DNA from: Paramoeba atlantica
Lineage: Eukaryota > Protista > Discosea
Assembly: GCA_977017575.1 (NCBI GenBank)
Contig: CDRNVI010000052.1
Span: 124,001 to 188,000 of the forward strand
Length of the DNA: 64,000 bases
Direction: 5' to 3'
The notes under the pieces are model-generated. The model worked only from the letters and a program-made list of their open reading frames with translations, was not told the DNA's origin and did no database searches. The position numbers and the translations under genes were made by a program. Positions 43,290 to 52,675 of the stretch are shown one piece after another; positions within the stretch are counted from its first letter, which is position 1; each line of letters opens with the position of its first letter.

Positions 43290-44069
43290 ATGAAATGTAC
43301 ATGCTCTGATCTCCCCCGTGTTCGTCCAAGTAAGGTTTCTTCCCAAAATCTTCCTGCTGAGTTCTATCTTGCATCTTTTACCCGAAATTTAACAGGCAGA
43401 GATGCCAGTTGGACACAGTACACGATGTCACCGTCGTGGCCGGGTATCGTGTACGACGAGTTAGGCGGCGTTTCTGATATTCGGTGGTACAGCCTTTCGC
43501 TTTATGGCACTCCACAGTGGGCTGCGTTACCTCAGGGCTTGGAAGTTCTCAACATTCAGGAAGTCTTAATTTCTGGTTGTTTGCCTGTTTCCGACCTTCC
43601 CAGTGGGCTTCGTCTACTTGTTCTTGATAATACTTCTTTAAAGGGGGAAGTGGATATGACAGTGCTTCCTCAAAATCTAGTTCATATGTCCTTGGCGAAC
43701 AATTATTTTTTTGGGTCTGTGAATCTGGGAAATCTTCCCATCACTTTGATGTTCTTGTCTCTTCATGGCAATGTTTTTAACGGTACGATCAGCTTAAATA
43801 AATTGCCTCCTCAAATGGAAACATTGGACGTGTCTCACAACAAGTTTTGTGGAGACTTCGATTTATCTTTGCTGCCAGTAACCATGCAACGTATCTTTGC
43901 ACTAGCTAATCACTTTGACGGGGAGCTTGACCTAACCTCACTACCTGAGAGCATGATTCGCGTTAGTGTTTGCCGTGATAATTTTGCCAAAGCAACGGTA
44001 CCTGCTGGATGGGTGTACAACCTAAATCTCATGGGAGGATACGGTAAGAAACCCTCTCGAATCACCTAA
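43290..44069 (+). CDS. LRR-family protein
   Basis: RPSKVSSQNLPAEFYLASF...SWPGI cap plus 23-aa LRRs. Confidence 0.85.
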   Translation: MKCTCSDLPRVRPSKVSSQNLPAEFYLASFTRNLTGRDASWTQYTMSPSWPGIVYDELGGVSDIRWYSLSLYGTPQWAALPQGLEVLNIQEVLISGCLPVSDLPSGLRLLVLDNTSLKGEVDMTVLPQNLVHMSLANNYFFGSVNLGNLPITLMFLSLHGNVFNGTISLNKLPPQMETLDVSHNKFCGDFDLSLLPVTMQRIFALANHFDGELDLTSLPESMIRVSVCRDNFAKATVPAGWVYNLNLMGGYGKKPSRIT

Positions 44070-44150
44070 GTGTCTATCCCCAATTCGTATCCCTTTGCTA
44101 GTACATGCGAAGACGTACTCGGTGTACTCTTTTTGTCATTAATTAAGATA

Positions 44151-46104
44151 TTGTGCCCCCCCCCACTTATAGTGCCGCGGGCTACCCCCCCCCCCCACTT
44201 ATAGTGCCGTTTCGAAAAAAAATGTCCAAAAGAAAATAATGATTTTTTTTGACCAAAAAGGTAGAGTAAATATGGTGTAAATTTCCAATATTTTCATTTA
44301 TGAAAATCATTGAGACTTTATTATTACCTTCAAAGTACTTATTAACGGAATACAAATCATTGGAATAAAAATTAACGGAATAATAATTAGCGGAATAAGT
44401 ATTTTTTTTTAGATTTTCACCAAAATCTCAAATATTTTAGTCGGTTGTCGGTCTGTTCATCAACAAAATTCAAAATATTTCTCTCCGGAAGAAAAAATAC
44501 GACGTCACCGCGAAAGGACGAATCGATTACGACGTATCTGCATAAGTTACAAGATAGATGTATTGAAAGGTTTTATCCAACCAAATCACGTTACTGATAT
44601 TGGCTAAGGTTTTGATATCTTTAAGAACGTTTAGTATGTTTTCATATCATGTTTACTTGGGTTTTTTCCGCTCATTCTTAAGGTTGGCCTTGTTTTTCCC
44701 TCATGTAAACACACATAATCGGGTTTCTTAATATGTTTTGAGGATTTTTTGAAAACTTCTCATTAATGTTTTCTCTCGATGCTTAAATTTTGTTACGAAT
44801 TTCGTAAAAATCATTGGAATAATAATTAACGGAATAATTTCCTCCCAAAAAAAATCCGTTAATTATTATTATTGTTAATAAGTACTTTGACGGTACTTTG
44901 ACGGTAGTTACCTTCATCGATTACATGACTGCTGGTTCTCACGAAAACGAGGCGCCGGACAAAGCGCACACTCGTGGCCCTTCCATGCAGGGCATTGGAC
45001 TGCGTATAGTGCCCCTTTCAAGGAGCTGAGCCAGACTGTCCGGGGAAGGCGAAATGTCGCCCTTCTCTGTAACCGCGCCATGAGTAAGGGGTGTTCGGGT
45101 TTACAGTTTGTAGATTTCTCTTCCGAATCTCTAGAATCGAGTCACGTACTTCATGGAATCACTAAAAATGAAAATTGGGCTGTCAACGTGCAACTAGGAA
45201 AAATGAGAATGCGTCTCTGAATGACCATCTCAACGTGCAACTCCATTTGAGAACCAAAAATGAGCCCAAAAAAGTTCCATACAGCTTATGCACTTCCTCT
45301 TTATACCTAATATTACTCTCCCCCTATCCTAGCGTTGTCTCGTTTGCCTTCAGTGGAAAGGGCTACCGTTGCAGAGACTGGAAAGGAATTCATACGACTT
45401 GCAACGGCCCCGGTTCTTGGCAAAGGGGGGCTTCGAATGATGCACTTGCTTATCGGCCAACGATTTTCTAGGGAATATTCAGACATAGGGATGATAATTC
45501 AAAGATTGTAATTTAATGAGACTTATAGCTAAAGCGTATAACAACATGGGATTAATAAATTGTTGAAATCACTAAAAAAATCATGAAAATAAAATTCGGG
45601 AAAAAATGAATGGAAAAAATGAAATTCACTGTCTCATACTCATTCTCTTTCCGTAGAGTTCTTCTCGGGCTTCGCTAGGTTCATTAACAAAGTTGTCGAT
45701 GTCAATGAGGACGTGCTGCTGAAGAGGGTTTTTATTTACTTTATTTTATATTCTTCCATGTATCTCCCTTTTTTGTGGCTACCATTTTTTTTGCGAAAAA
45801 AGAAAATGAGTAAAAATGAGAATCTATCCCAATTCTACTAAAAACGTGCTGTCAACGTGCAACAGGTCTATTCTGAGAATTGTGACGAAAATCTGCCCCC
45901 AAGTGGTTTTTTACGCGGGAATGTGCAACTGACCATTCTCAGAATTGTGATTTTTACTGTAATAGAAAGATGAGCGCCGCGAAGCGGCGCGCTTTTTTTT
46001 TTTGAGGATGGAAAAAATTTTACCCTCGGCCGGAAACATGCTACCCCCCCACTTATAGTGCCGCGGTTTTCGACCAAACGGCACTATAAGTGGGGGGGGC
46101 ACAG
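44151..46104. mobile_element. Non-autonomous TIR element with TA duplication
   Basis: TA-ttgtgcccccccccacttatagtgccg ... cggcactataagtggggggggcacag-TA; internal ccccccacttatagtgccg repeats at both ends; GAA hairpin at 45974. Confidence 0.88.
44327..44893. mobile_element. Nested MITE, 567 bp, related to the 27997 element
   Basis: TA-ccttcaaagtacttattaac ... gttaataagtactttgacgg-TA, followed by an 11-bp duplication of the terminus; subterminal aattaacggaat repeats. Confidence 0.85.
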
Positions 46105-46505
46105 TAATCTAAAAAAGGCGTGGTGAAAACTCTCAAAAAAATAACAACATACATATGTATTTTCTTATTTATCATTGGTCGGAAGAAGCACAAGCACAAA
46201 ACTGAAAACTAAGTTTTTTGCCGCGAAACATAAGCCCAGATAAGCCCAGATAGTAAAGTTTTTTTTGGTAGTTACCACCGATTTTGGGTAGCTACTAAAA
46301 ATAGCTTTACTATTTGGGAAAACCGTTTTTGGGACTTTACCAGCTGGGGAATCAATTGTCGTTGAAGCACAGAAAAAAAATGAAAACACACCATCAAAAA
46401 ACAACTGGGATGGAGTCTTGGACAACGCTTTCCAACGCAAGTCGTATGCGAATGTCCGTTGTCATAATTTAAAAAAAGTAGATGAAATGAAATCAATTTC
46501 TTGTA

Positions 46506-46817
46506 CCGTAGACCCCCCAGTAATAGAATCGATTTTGGGTCAAAATGGCCAAATCCTTGTTACTGGGGGGTATGCTTTTTGGGTGATAAAGGACCTTTTT
46601 TGTTAATGAGTGCGTTGATTTTCAGCCCACCCAACCCCGAAACCACGCCATTCGCTCCCTCGCAACCGCCCTCACCCCGTCCAACCACCCGCACCCGCCC
46701 AAACACCCCCCCCCCCTCCAACGACCCTCCCGAGCCAAATCCTTGTTACTGGGGGTCAGCCGAAAAAGGGCCAAATCCTTGTTACTGGGGGGGTGTCCAT
46801 TACTGGGGGGTCTACGG
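46506..46817. mobile_element. MITE, CCGT-type TIR, 312 bp
   Basis: TA-ccgtagaccccccagtaat ... attactggggggtctacgg-TA; three internal ccaaatccttgttactggggg repeats. Confidence 0.92.
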
Positions 46818-47062
46818 TAGACGAAAATCCTCGAAAAAGAGAAAAGCTCTAAAAAACGGTAACTGCTAAAAAAAACTTTACTATTTGGGAAAACCGTTTT
46901 TTGGGACTTTACTAACTGGGCGCACTGTGAGCCTTTCATAAATTGACTTTGTACTTGGTGCCATTCGTGATAAAAGAGAGCATCAAAACGTTTTTGATCA
47001 CTTTTTCCTGTTATAGATTTCTATAGATTTATATTACTATACAAAGGATGTATAGTGCTATA

Positions 47063-48130
47063 CAGGGGGGGGGCACGAAAACAATTACACCTGCCAATTT
47101 TGGCCTATGCGGCCGTTTTGGCTAATTTTTGTTGCATTTTGCAGATCTCAGTGTTAATATCGTGTTGAAACCATTCTGAGTACAAGAGTAGACGGGGTAG
47201 GGTGATTTTTTGGACTTCGAAAACAAGAACTTTATAGTTTTTGCAAATCCTTTTGGCTACCAAAAAATTTCATATTTAACATTCAGTAGTCAATGGAGCC
47301 ACCATTTTTGTCCCGCAGCTCTTGTAATCGAGTTGGGAGGCTGTTTAAAGTATTCAATACTGATTCCCAGCCCTCGTTCAATAGATGATCCTTCGCCTTA
47401 ACAATGGCGATCTTTAGCTCAGACCGATTTTTGGGACGAAGGTGCACGTGGATGTAATCATCCATGATTTCCCACAAATTTTCGATTAAGTTTAAGTCCG
47501 GAGACTGCCGGCCAATCAATAATGTTTATTTTCCCACTGACCCCAACAGAACGAGCTGTTATGTGACCTGGTGCATTGTCCAGCACGACAATAGCACCAG
47601 GTTTACGGTGAACCCAAGAAAAAAAGCCATGAGGCTTCTTCATCGTTTCTAAGAAGGTAACGTTTGTCACCGTTTCGTTTTCATTGAACACATGAAAACA
47701 TTCAAGGGGTATTTTCCACTTCATGCTCACTCCCATCCATACATGGACTCCTTTCTCACCATACCATTTATCCATTTGTGGATTCGCGCAAAGAGGCCCC
47801 TTGGTCCACCTCGTGAGCGCAAACCACTCTAGTGACATAAGATGTTTGCTCCGGCGAAAGCTGGCGACGATTTAGACGGGATCTTTTCCCCATTTTCGAC
47901 AAAAAAACAGATCAAAAAGACAAAAAAGGGACTTTTTCTTGTATTTTTGCATCTTTTGGGGGTGACTTTTTCGTACTTTTTGTACCAAAATTATTGTTTT
48001 CGGAAAATCGAAAAGTTGTTGGTTTCAACACGATATTAACACTGAGATCTGCAAAATGCAACAAAAATTAGCCAAAACGGCCGCATAGGCCAAAATTGGC
48101 AGGTGTAACAGTTTTCGTGCCCCCCCACTG
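47063..48130 (-). mobile_element. Deleted Tc1/IS630-like element (DD32E) with about 110-bp TIRs
   Basis: Long near-perfect TIRs (cagggggggggcacgaaaac...gttgaaacca); minus-strand VWMGVS, VVLDNAPGH and frameshifted WP/QSPDLNLIENLW; N-terminal region absent. Confidence 0.92.
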
Positions 48131-48157
48131 TATAGTACTATAATTTTTTTCCAAATA

Positions 48158-48250
48158 CTTTCCCCCCTACTTAAGAGTCCGCCGATTTTGGTCATTTGGA
48201 CTCTTAAGTAGGAGGGGTCACAATTTTACGGACTCTTAAGTGGGGGTCAG
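48158..48250. repeat. Minimal TIR-like remnant
   Basis: ccccctacttaagagtcc followed by two inverted ggactcttaagt(a/g)gg copies. Confidence 0.5.
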
Positions 48251-48379
48251 CATTTTTTTATAACATTTCAATACGGCCGGTTCCTTTTTTGTCTATGTTT
48301 TATTCTCTATTTTTTTCTCTATTTTTGTCTACTGAAGGTCGGCGTCTGTATTATCGATAAGATAGCAGTGCCAGGGAAG

Positions 48380-48899
48380 ACCACGAAGAGGTCCCGACCA
48401 TACTTCCCCATTACGCACTCACATCAGCAGTGGTAAAGTTTATGAATTTGATAAAAACTATTGGCTCGATGCCATCCAAAATATGCCCTAAAAACTATTT
48501 TTTTGATTTTTTTATATTCTTCATTTCTTTATCCCAGCTTAAACCTAACATGGTGGCAGCTGGGTCATTCCCCGAGAGATACGCCGTAGAACACAAACGG
48601 AAACAGCGAGAAGCCGAAGAAGCTAAAACGAAATTCACAGCAATGGTTGTCGAATCGTACGGATCCTGGATCCCGGCTGCTCTGGCAGTACTACGGTGAG
48701 TGGCGAAAATCCGGGCTGCAAAATCTGGCGGGACTGTCTCTCACAGGGAGTGATTTTTTTTCAGTTTGGGACCACCGGGGCCCCCTTTTATATTTTTTTC
48801 TTCTATTACATTACTGTGCTTCTCTTTGTATTTTCACTGTTTTTGTTCACTTTTTTTCAATAATCGAGGGTAGAGCGGTAGTTATGCAACCACCGCAAT
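48380..48899 (+). mobile_element. 3' remnant of a non-LTR retrotransposon with restriction-like endonuclease (CRE/R2-type)
   Basis: AAGSFPERYAVEHKRKQ...KFTAMVVESYGSWIPAALAVLR*VAK matches the RLE C-terminal K..K...F...vES.G.W pattern; possible frameshifted KRPD at about 48387; followed by a 3' UTR and terminal hairpin plus AAT. Confidence 0.7.
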
Positions 48900-49088
48900 G
48901 GTCACTATTATGCCAACGGTGTTTTCAGGATTTGTCTATGTCTTAGTGGGGTCGAAGAGGGTTCTACCATTAAAGGAGTCAAAAAAGAGAAGAAAAAAAA
49001 GATTTCGTACTTTTAATTAAAATTTAGCCCTCAAACCGCGTTAACCTTACCATTTCCTGTTTTTTTCTTCACCTCCCTCTCCTTCCCC

Positions 49089-49652
49089 ATGCTTTCCAAA
49101 ACTCTAGCGCTGCTCATGCACGGCAAACCCACCGGCGGATGCAACAAACGCACCAAACACCGCGCTATCTGGTGGAAAAACGCTCATCCCAACCGTCTTA
49201 CCTACAAACACATCCGTGACATCTTCATCATGCCCACCGTACAGCCGTTAAACGAGGAGGTCTATGGCCCCCCACTACTCCCCAACTCCCGGGACCCCAG
49301 CTCCTCCCTTCCCTGTCTTCAGTGTAAACAACCCGTGGACACTTCCATGATTCATAACTACATATGGATGCCTGCGGGGCGAGCAGCCCAGCCCGCCCCG
49401 TATGGGTATCTCTTCCATCACTTGTGTTTTCGCTGTGTGGTTTGTAAATTTCGTTTCTACAACAACAAATTTGCCACCCGCGGGGGTCAGGCGGTGTGCC
49501 TGTACTGCGTGCGGGGGATCACCAACAGCCGTCCGGTGCGACGGTGGCATCTCCCAATGGTGGAGCCCGGGAGGGAGGGGAGCCGGTATGTGGGGGAGAT
49601 CTTTCCTCGGAATAACACCGACGAGGACTGGATCTTTGATCCCGATAGTTGA
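49089..49652 (+). CDS. LIM-type zinc-finger protein, probably mitochondrial
   Basis: CLQC...HHLCFRCVVC...CLYC LIM pattern; presequence-like MLSKTLALL; pyrimidine tract upstream. Confidence 0.75.
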   Translation: MLSKTLALLMHGKPTGGCNKRTKHRAIWWKNAHPNRLTYKHIRDIFIMPTVQPLNEEVYGPPLLPNSRDPSSSLPCLQCKQPVDTSMIHNYIWMPAGRAAQPAPYGYLFHHLCFRCVVCKFRFYNNKFATRGGQAVCLYCVRGITNSRPVRRWHLPMVEPGREGSRYVGEIFPRNNTDEDWIFDPDS

Positions 49653-49917
49653 GGGGGGATAGTTGTAAGGGGGAGGTGTGGGTAGTGTAAAGCTCCTGTA
49701 TAAAAAGGAAGGTGGTTGTATGTAGAAGCGGGGAGTAACATTGTTGATGTTAATGGGAAGTAAATGGTGGGTCGGTTTATCTCGGGTCTTCGTGCTGTTT
49801 TGTTTAAGGTAAATTGTGTTTCTAAAGGTAAATAAGCCATTTACCATTTGAAAAGTATACATCTTGAATGCGCACCTATTCCGTTTGATTTCTTGGACTT
49901 CATAATATTTAATCACA

Positions 49918-50634
49918 ATGTGTCGTCCTATATGTTCTGCTGATTCCTCCTCCGTACCACGAGGAAAAATACGGTTTTCTTTACTGCCATCTGAGCAACG
50001 CATGAAGCAAGTTGTAGAAGGTGTCACAAATCCTCACCCCAGCTGGAAACACGTCAGAAAAAACTTCTGGGGAACTGCCAAAGCAGTTTCTCCTTGCACC
50101 TGGCACGGTATTCTGTGTGATGCGCGGCATGAGATTAGGGAAGTTAAATGGGACTATAGGCATTTGGAAAGGACACTACAAGGAAATTTTTCTTTCTTAT
50201 GGCTTCCAGAAACTTTGCTTCGGTTACATCTTTCTGTCCATCTACTCGGAGGTGAATTAGATCTATCCTCACTTCCACAAGCCGCAATGACGTATCGATT
50301 GAAACGAAATTTATTTACGGGGGAAATAAATCTTACCCAACTTCCTCCTATTTTGAAAGCTCTTTCGGCGCAACACAATCGGTTGACTGGTCTTGTCGAC
50401 CTAAACTACCTACCCGAAGGATTTCTATCGCTAAATTTAAGTTACAACCGGATACGAGGCACCGCTGATCTTACTCACCTTCCTAGGGGAATACGAAAAC
50501 TGTCACTAAAAACAACTGAAATCTCGAGTCTCAATTATCCTGATGCTCGACCCAGCGCAGCTTTTGTAGCGGATCTCACAGGAAACCTTATAAAGGAGGC
50601 AAAAGGGAATAAACAAAGCTTCGTCCGGATTTAA
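49918..50634 (+). CDS. LRR-family protein
   Basis: RGKIRFSLLPSEQRMKQVV...PCTWHGILC cap plus LRRs. Confidence 0.85.
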   Translation: MCRPICSADSSSVPRGKIRFSLLPSEQRMKQVVEGVTNPHPSWKHVRKNFWGTAKAVSPCTWHGILCDARHEIREVKWDYRHLERTLQGNFSFLWLPETLLRLHLSVHLLGGELDLSSLPQAAMTYRLKRNLFTGEINLTQLPPILKALSAQHNRLTGLVDLNYLPEGFLSLNLSYNRIRGTADLTHLPRGIRKLSLKTTEISSLNYPDARPSAAFVADLTGNLIKEAKGNKQSFVRI

Positions 50635-50705
50635 GAAAAATGAGATTCTGCTGAATCTCTATTTGTTATTAAAAATTCATATTTGTTGTGCATATAAAGA
50701 AATTA

Positions 50706-51018
50706 CTATCCCCCCCCTATTTAATAGGGCTACGTGTCACCCCCCCTTTAATAGGGCTATTTTGTCTGGAAGGCCAAAAAAGATTTCGGGTAAAGTGCGG
50801 ATAAATTGTCGAATGCGCCGCGAAGCGGCGGATTTTTTTTTCCATATCTACCCCAACAACCAAAAGTGTATCAAAAGGGACTAGGACTTTGTTTCACAAC
50901 GATAAAAAAGGCGCCGCGAAGCGGCGCCGATTTTTTTTTTCATATTATTTTCCATCTCCCACCCCTTCATTAGGGCCTTTTGCCCAAAATCGGAGTCCTA
51001 TTAAATAGGGGGGGATAG
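50706..51018. mobile_element. MITE, 313 bp, carrying two GAA hairpins
   Basis: TA-ctatcccccccctatttaatagg ... cctattaaatagggggggatag-TA. Confidence 0.9.
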
Positions 51019-51051
51019 TATATGCAGTGTATAATATACAGATCGTGCATA

Positions 51052-51649
51052 AAGGGGTGTAAATTTGGATGTGGGGGGGGGTCTAAAATTTGTAAAACTT
51101 GGCCAATTTTGGAAAATAATAGCGCATTCGAGAGCCCTCGAACAGGGCTCATGAACGTGCATGTACGGCATCTGCTTTAATTAGATTTTCAAGTGCACAT
51201 AAAAAAACTCATTTTTTTGGGAGACAAATCTTGCATTTTTCACAGGTTTTCTGATTTCTCCCCTGATTCATGCAACAAAGACGGGGATGTGGACGATCGC
51301 CCGAACACAAAGACTACGAAAGGGCTTATTCTTCGCCTGGGCACGTAAAAGCAAGCTGGTGCATGGTTCTTGTTGCCGATTACGAAACAACACAATCTTT
51401 TTCGCTCTAAAAATTTATTTTCCATAGTTGGCGACTTCAAAAATGGTTGAGCCCCTCGGAATCGCGCAGATTTGATCATTGCGATCGAAGAAGCGTTTCA
51501 AGGCCCCTGAAAATGCCATGCAGAGCTTTCGAAAGCGATGCCGTATTGTAATTGAGATAAAACGACGATAATAGCAATTAATAATTTTTTTTTTGATATT
51601 TGCTATTGCTTTAGAAAGTTGCAAATAGCATTCCAAATTTACACCCCTG
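51052..51649. mobile_element. Non-autonomous element of the 25414 (DD32E) family, 598 bp
   Basis: TA-aaggggtgtaaatttgga ... tccaaatttacacccctg-TA; first 90 bp resemble 25414-25500. Confidence 0.8.
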
Positions 51650-51730
51650 TATTCACATAAACGTCATTTTTCTGCCATTTGGTTTCTCTTTGCTGTTTAA
51701 GTGCATTTTTGTCTTGAAGTGTTTATCTCG

Positions 51731-52432
51731 ATGGATTACAATAGATGCGCTTCTCGAGCTGGAAAGATAACTTCAATAAATTTGCCACCAGAAATTGAGC
51801 TCGGAAGATTGATTCAAGATGTAAAGAGCACACATCGCTCCTGGTTTTCTGAAAAGTCTGCCTGCGATTGGGACGGTGTAAAGTGCAACAAACTCTTAGA
51901 CGTGATTGAGATATCTTGGAGTTTTCGCGAATTAAAAGGAAACATAAACTTAGATTTTCTTCCGCGTTCTGTTATTAAATTTTCTGTGGGAAAGAACTTT
52001 CTTTTAGGTGAAGTACAATGGAGGCACTTGCCTCCTAATTTGACGGAACTAAATTTGTACAGCAATGAATTTACGGGCACCGTGGATTTAACCAGACTTC
52101 CCGATGGCATAACCTGGATGAAGCTTTCCAGTAACAAATTTTTCGGTCCTGTATCCCTTACTAGCCTTCCATCTCACCTGTCATACCTCAGTCTTCAAAG
52201 TAATAAATTTACTGGAACTCCCGATCTTCGAAAACTCCCTTTAACATTAAACGGATTAAATTTATCGAACAATTGCTTGCAGGGACGCGTATTCTTTTGT
52301 TCCTTGCCTTCCAGTTTGTCGAATTTATTTCTGCAAGATAATAAGAAATTGTTTGGGGATTATGACCGAAAGCAACTTCCTAGAGGTCTGCGTTTGTTTG
52401 TCCAAAACACTGAAATTGTTAAGATAGTATGA
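51731..52432 (+). CDS. LRR-family protein
   Basis: RAGKITSINLPPEIELGRLI...ACDWDGVKC cap plus 23-aa LRRs. Confidence 0.88.
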   Translation: MDYNRCASRAGKITSINLPPEIELGRLIQDVKSTHRSWFSEKSACDWDGVKCNKLLDVIEISWSFRELKGNINLDFLPRSVIKFSVGKNFLLGEVQWRHLPPNLTELNLYSNEFTGTVDLTRLPDGITWMKLSSNKFFGPVSLTSLPSHLSYLSLQSNKFTGTPDLRKLPLTLNGLNLSNNCLQGRVFFCSLPSSLSNLFLQDNKKLFGDYDRKQLPRGLRLFVQNTEIVKIV

Positions 52433-52539
52433 AAATGGGTAAGCGAAACATTGGTTACGGGAAAAGAGAAAGAGTAAGGTGAAGAAACGGTGTAAAGGGA
52501 AGTAGAAATGTTGGGGCGTGATACTATTCTTCTTCTCCG

Positions 52540-52618
52540 AGAAACGGCGCGAAAAAATCCTTTTTTTACACATTACATTGCAGTATGCCTACCAGGTATA
52601 CTATCTTGGAACATGGTT
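52540..52618. mobile_element. Right end only of a 41219-family MITE
   Basis: Half hairpin gaaacggcgcg and T-run, then ggtatactatcttggaacatggtt-TA. Confidence 0.75.
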
Positions 52619-52675
52619 TAAAATCATTAAATGTTAAACGTATTTCTTTTTATTAAGTTCTGACATTTTTCCCTC

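Noticed and set aside
20813-51649. Fanzor/TnpB or another RNA-guided nuclease inside the TIR elements
   Set aside because: No RuvC-like motifs or ORF of suitable size were seen in the ORF track or in the frames I read by eye; a profile search would be needed to exclude decayed copies.
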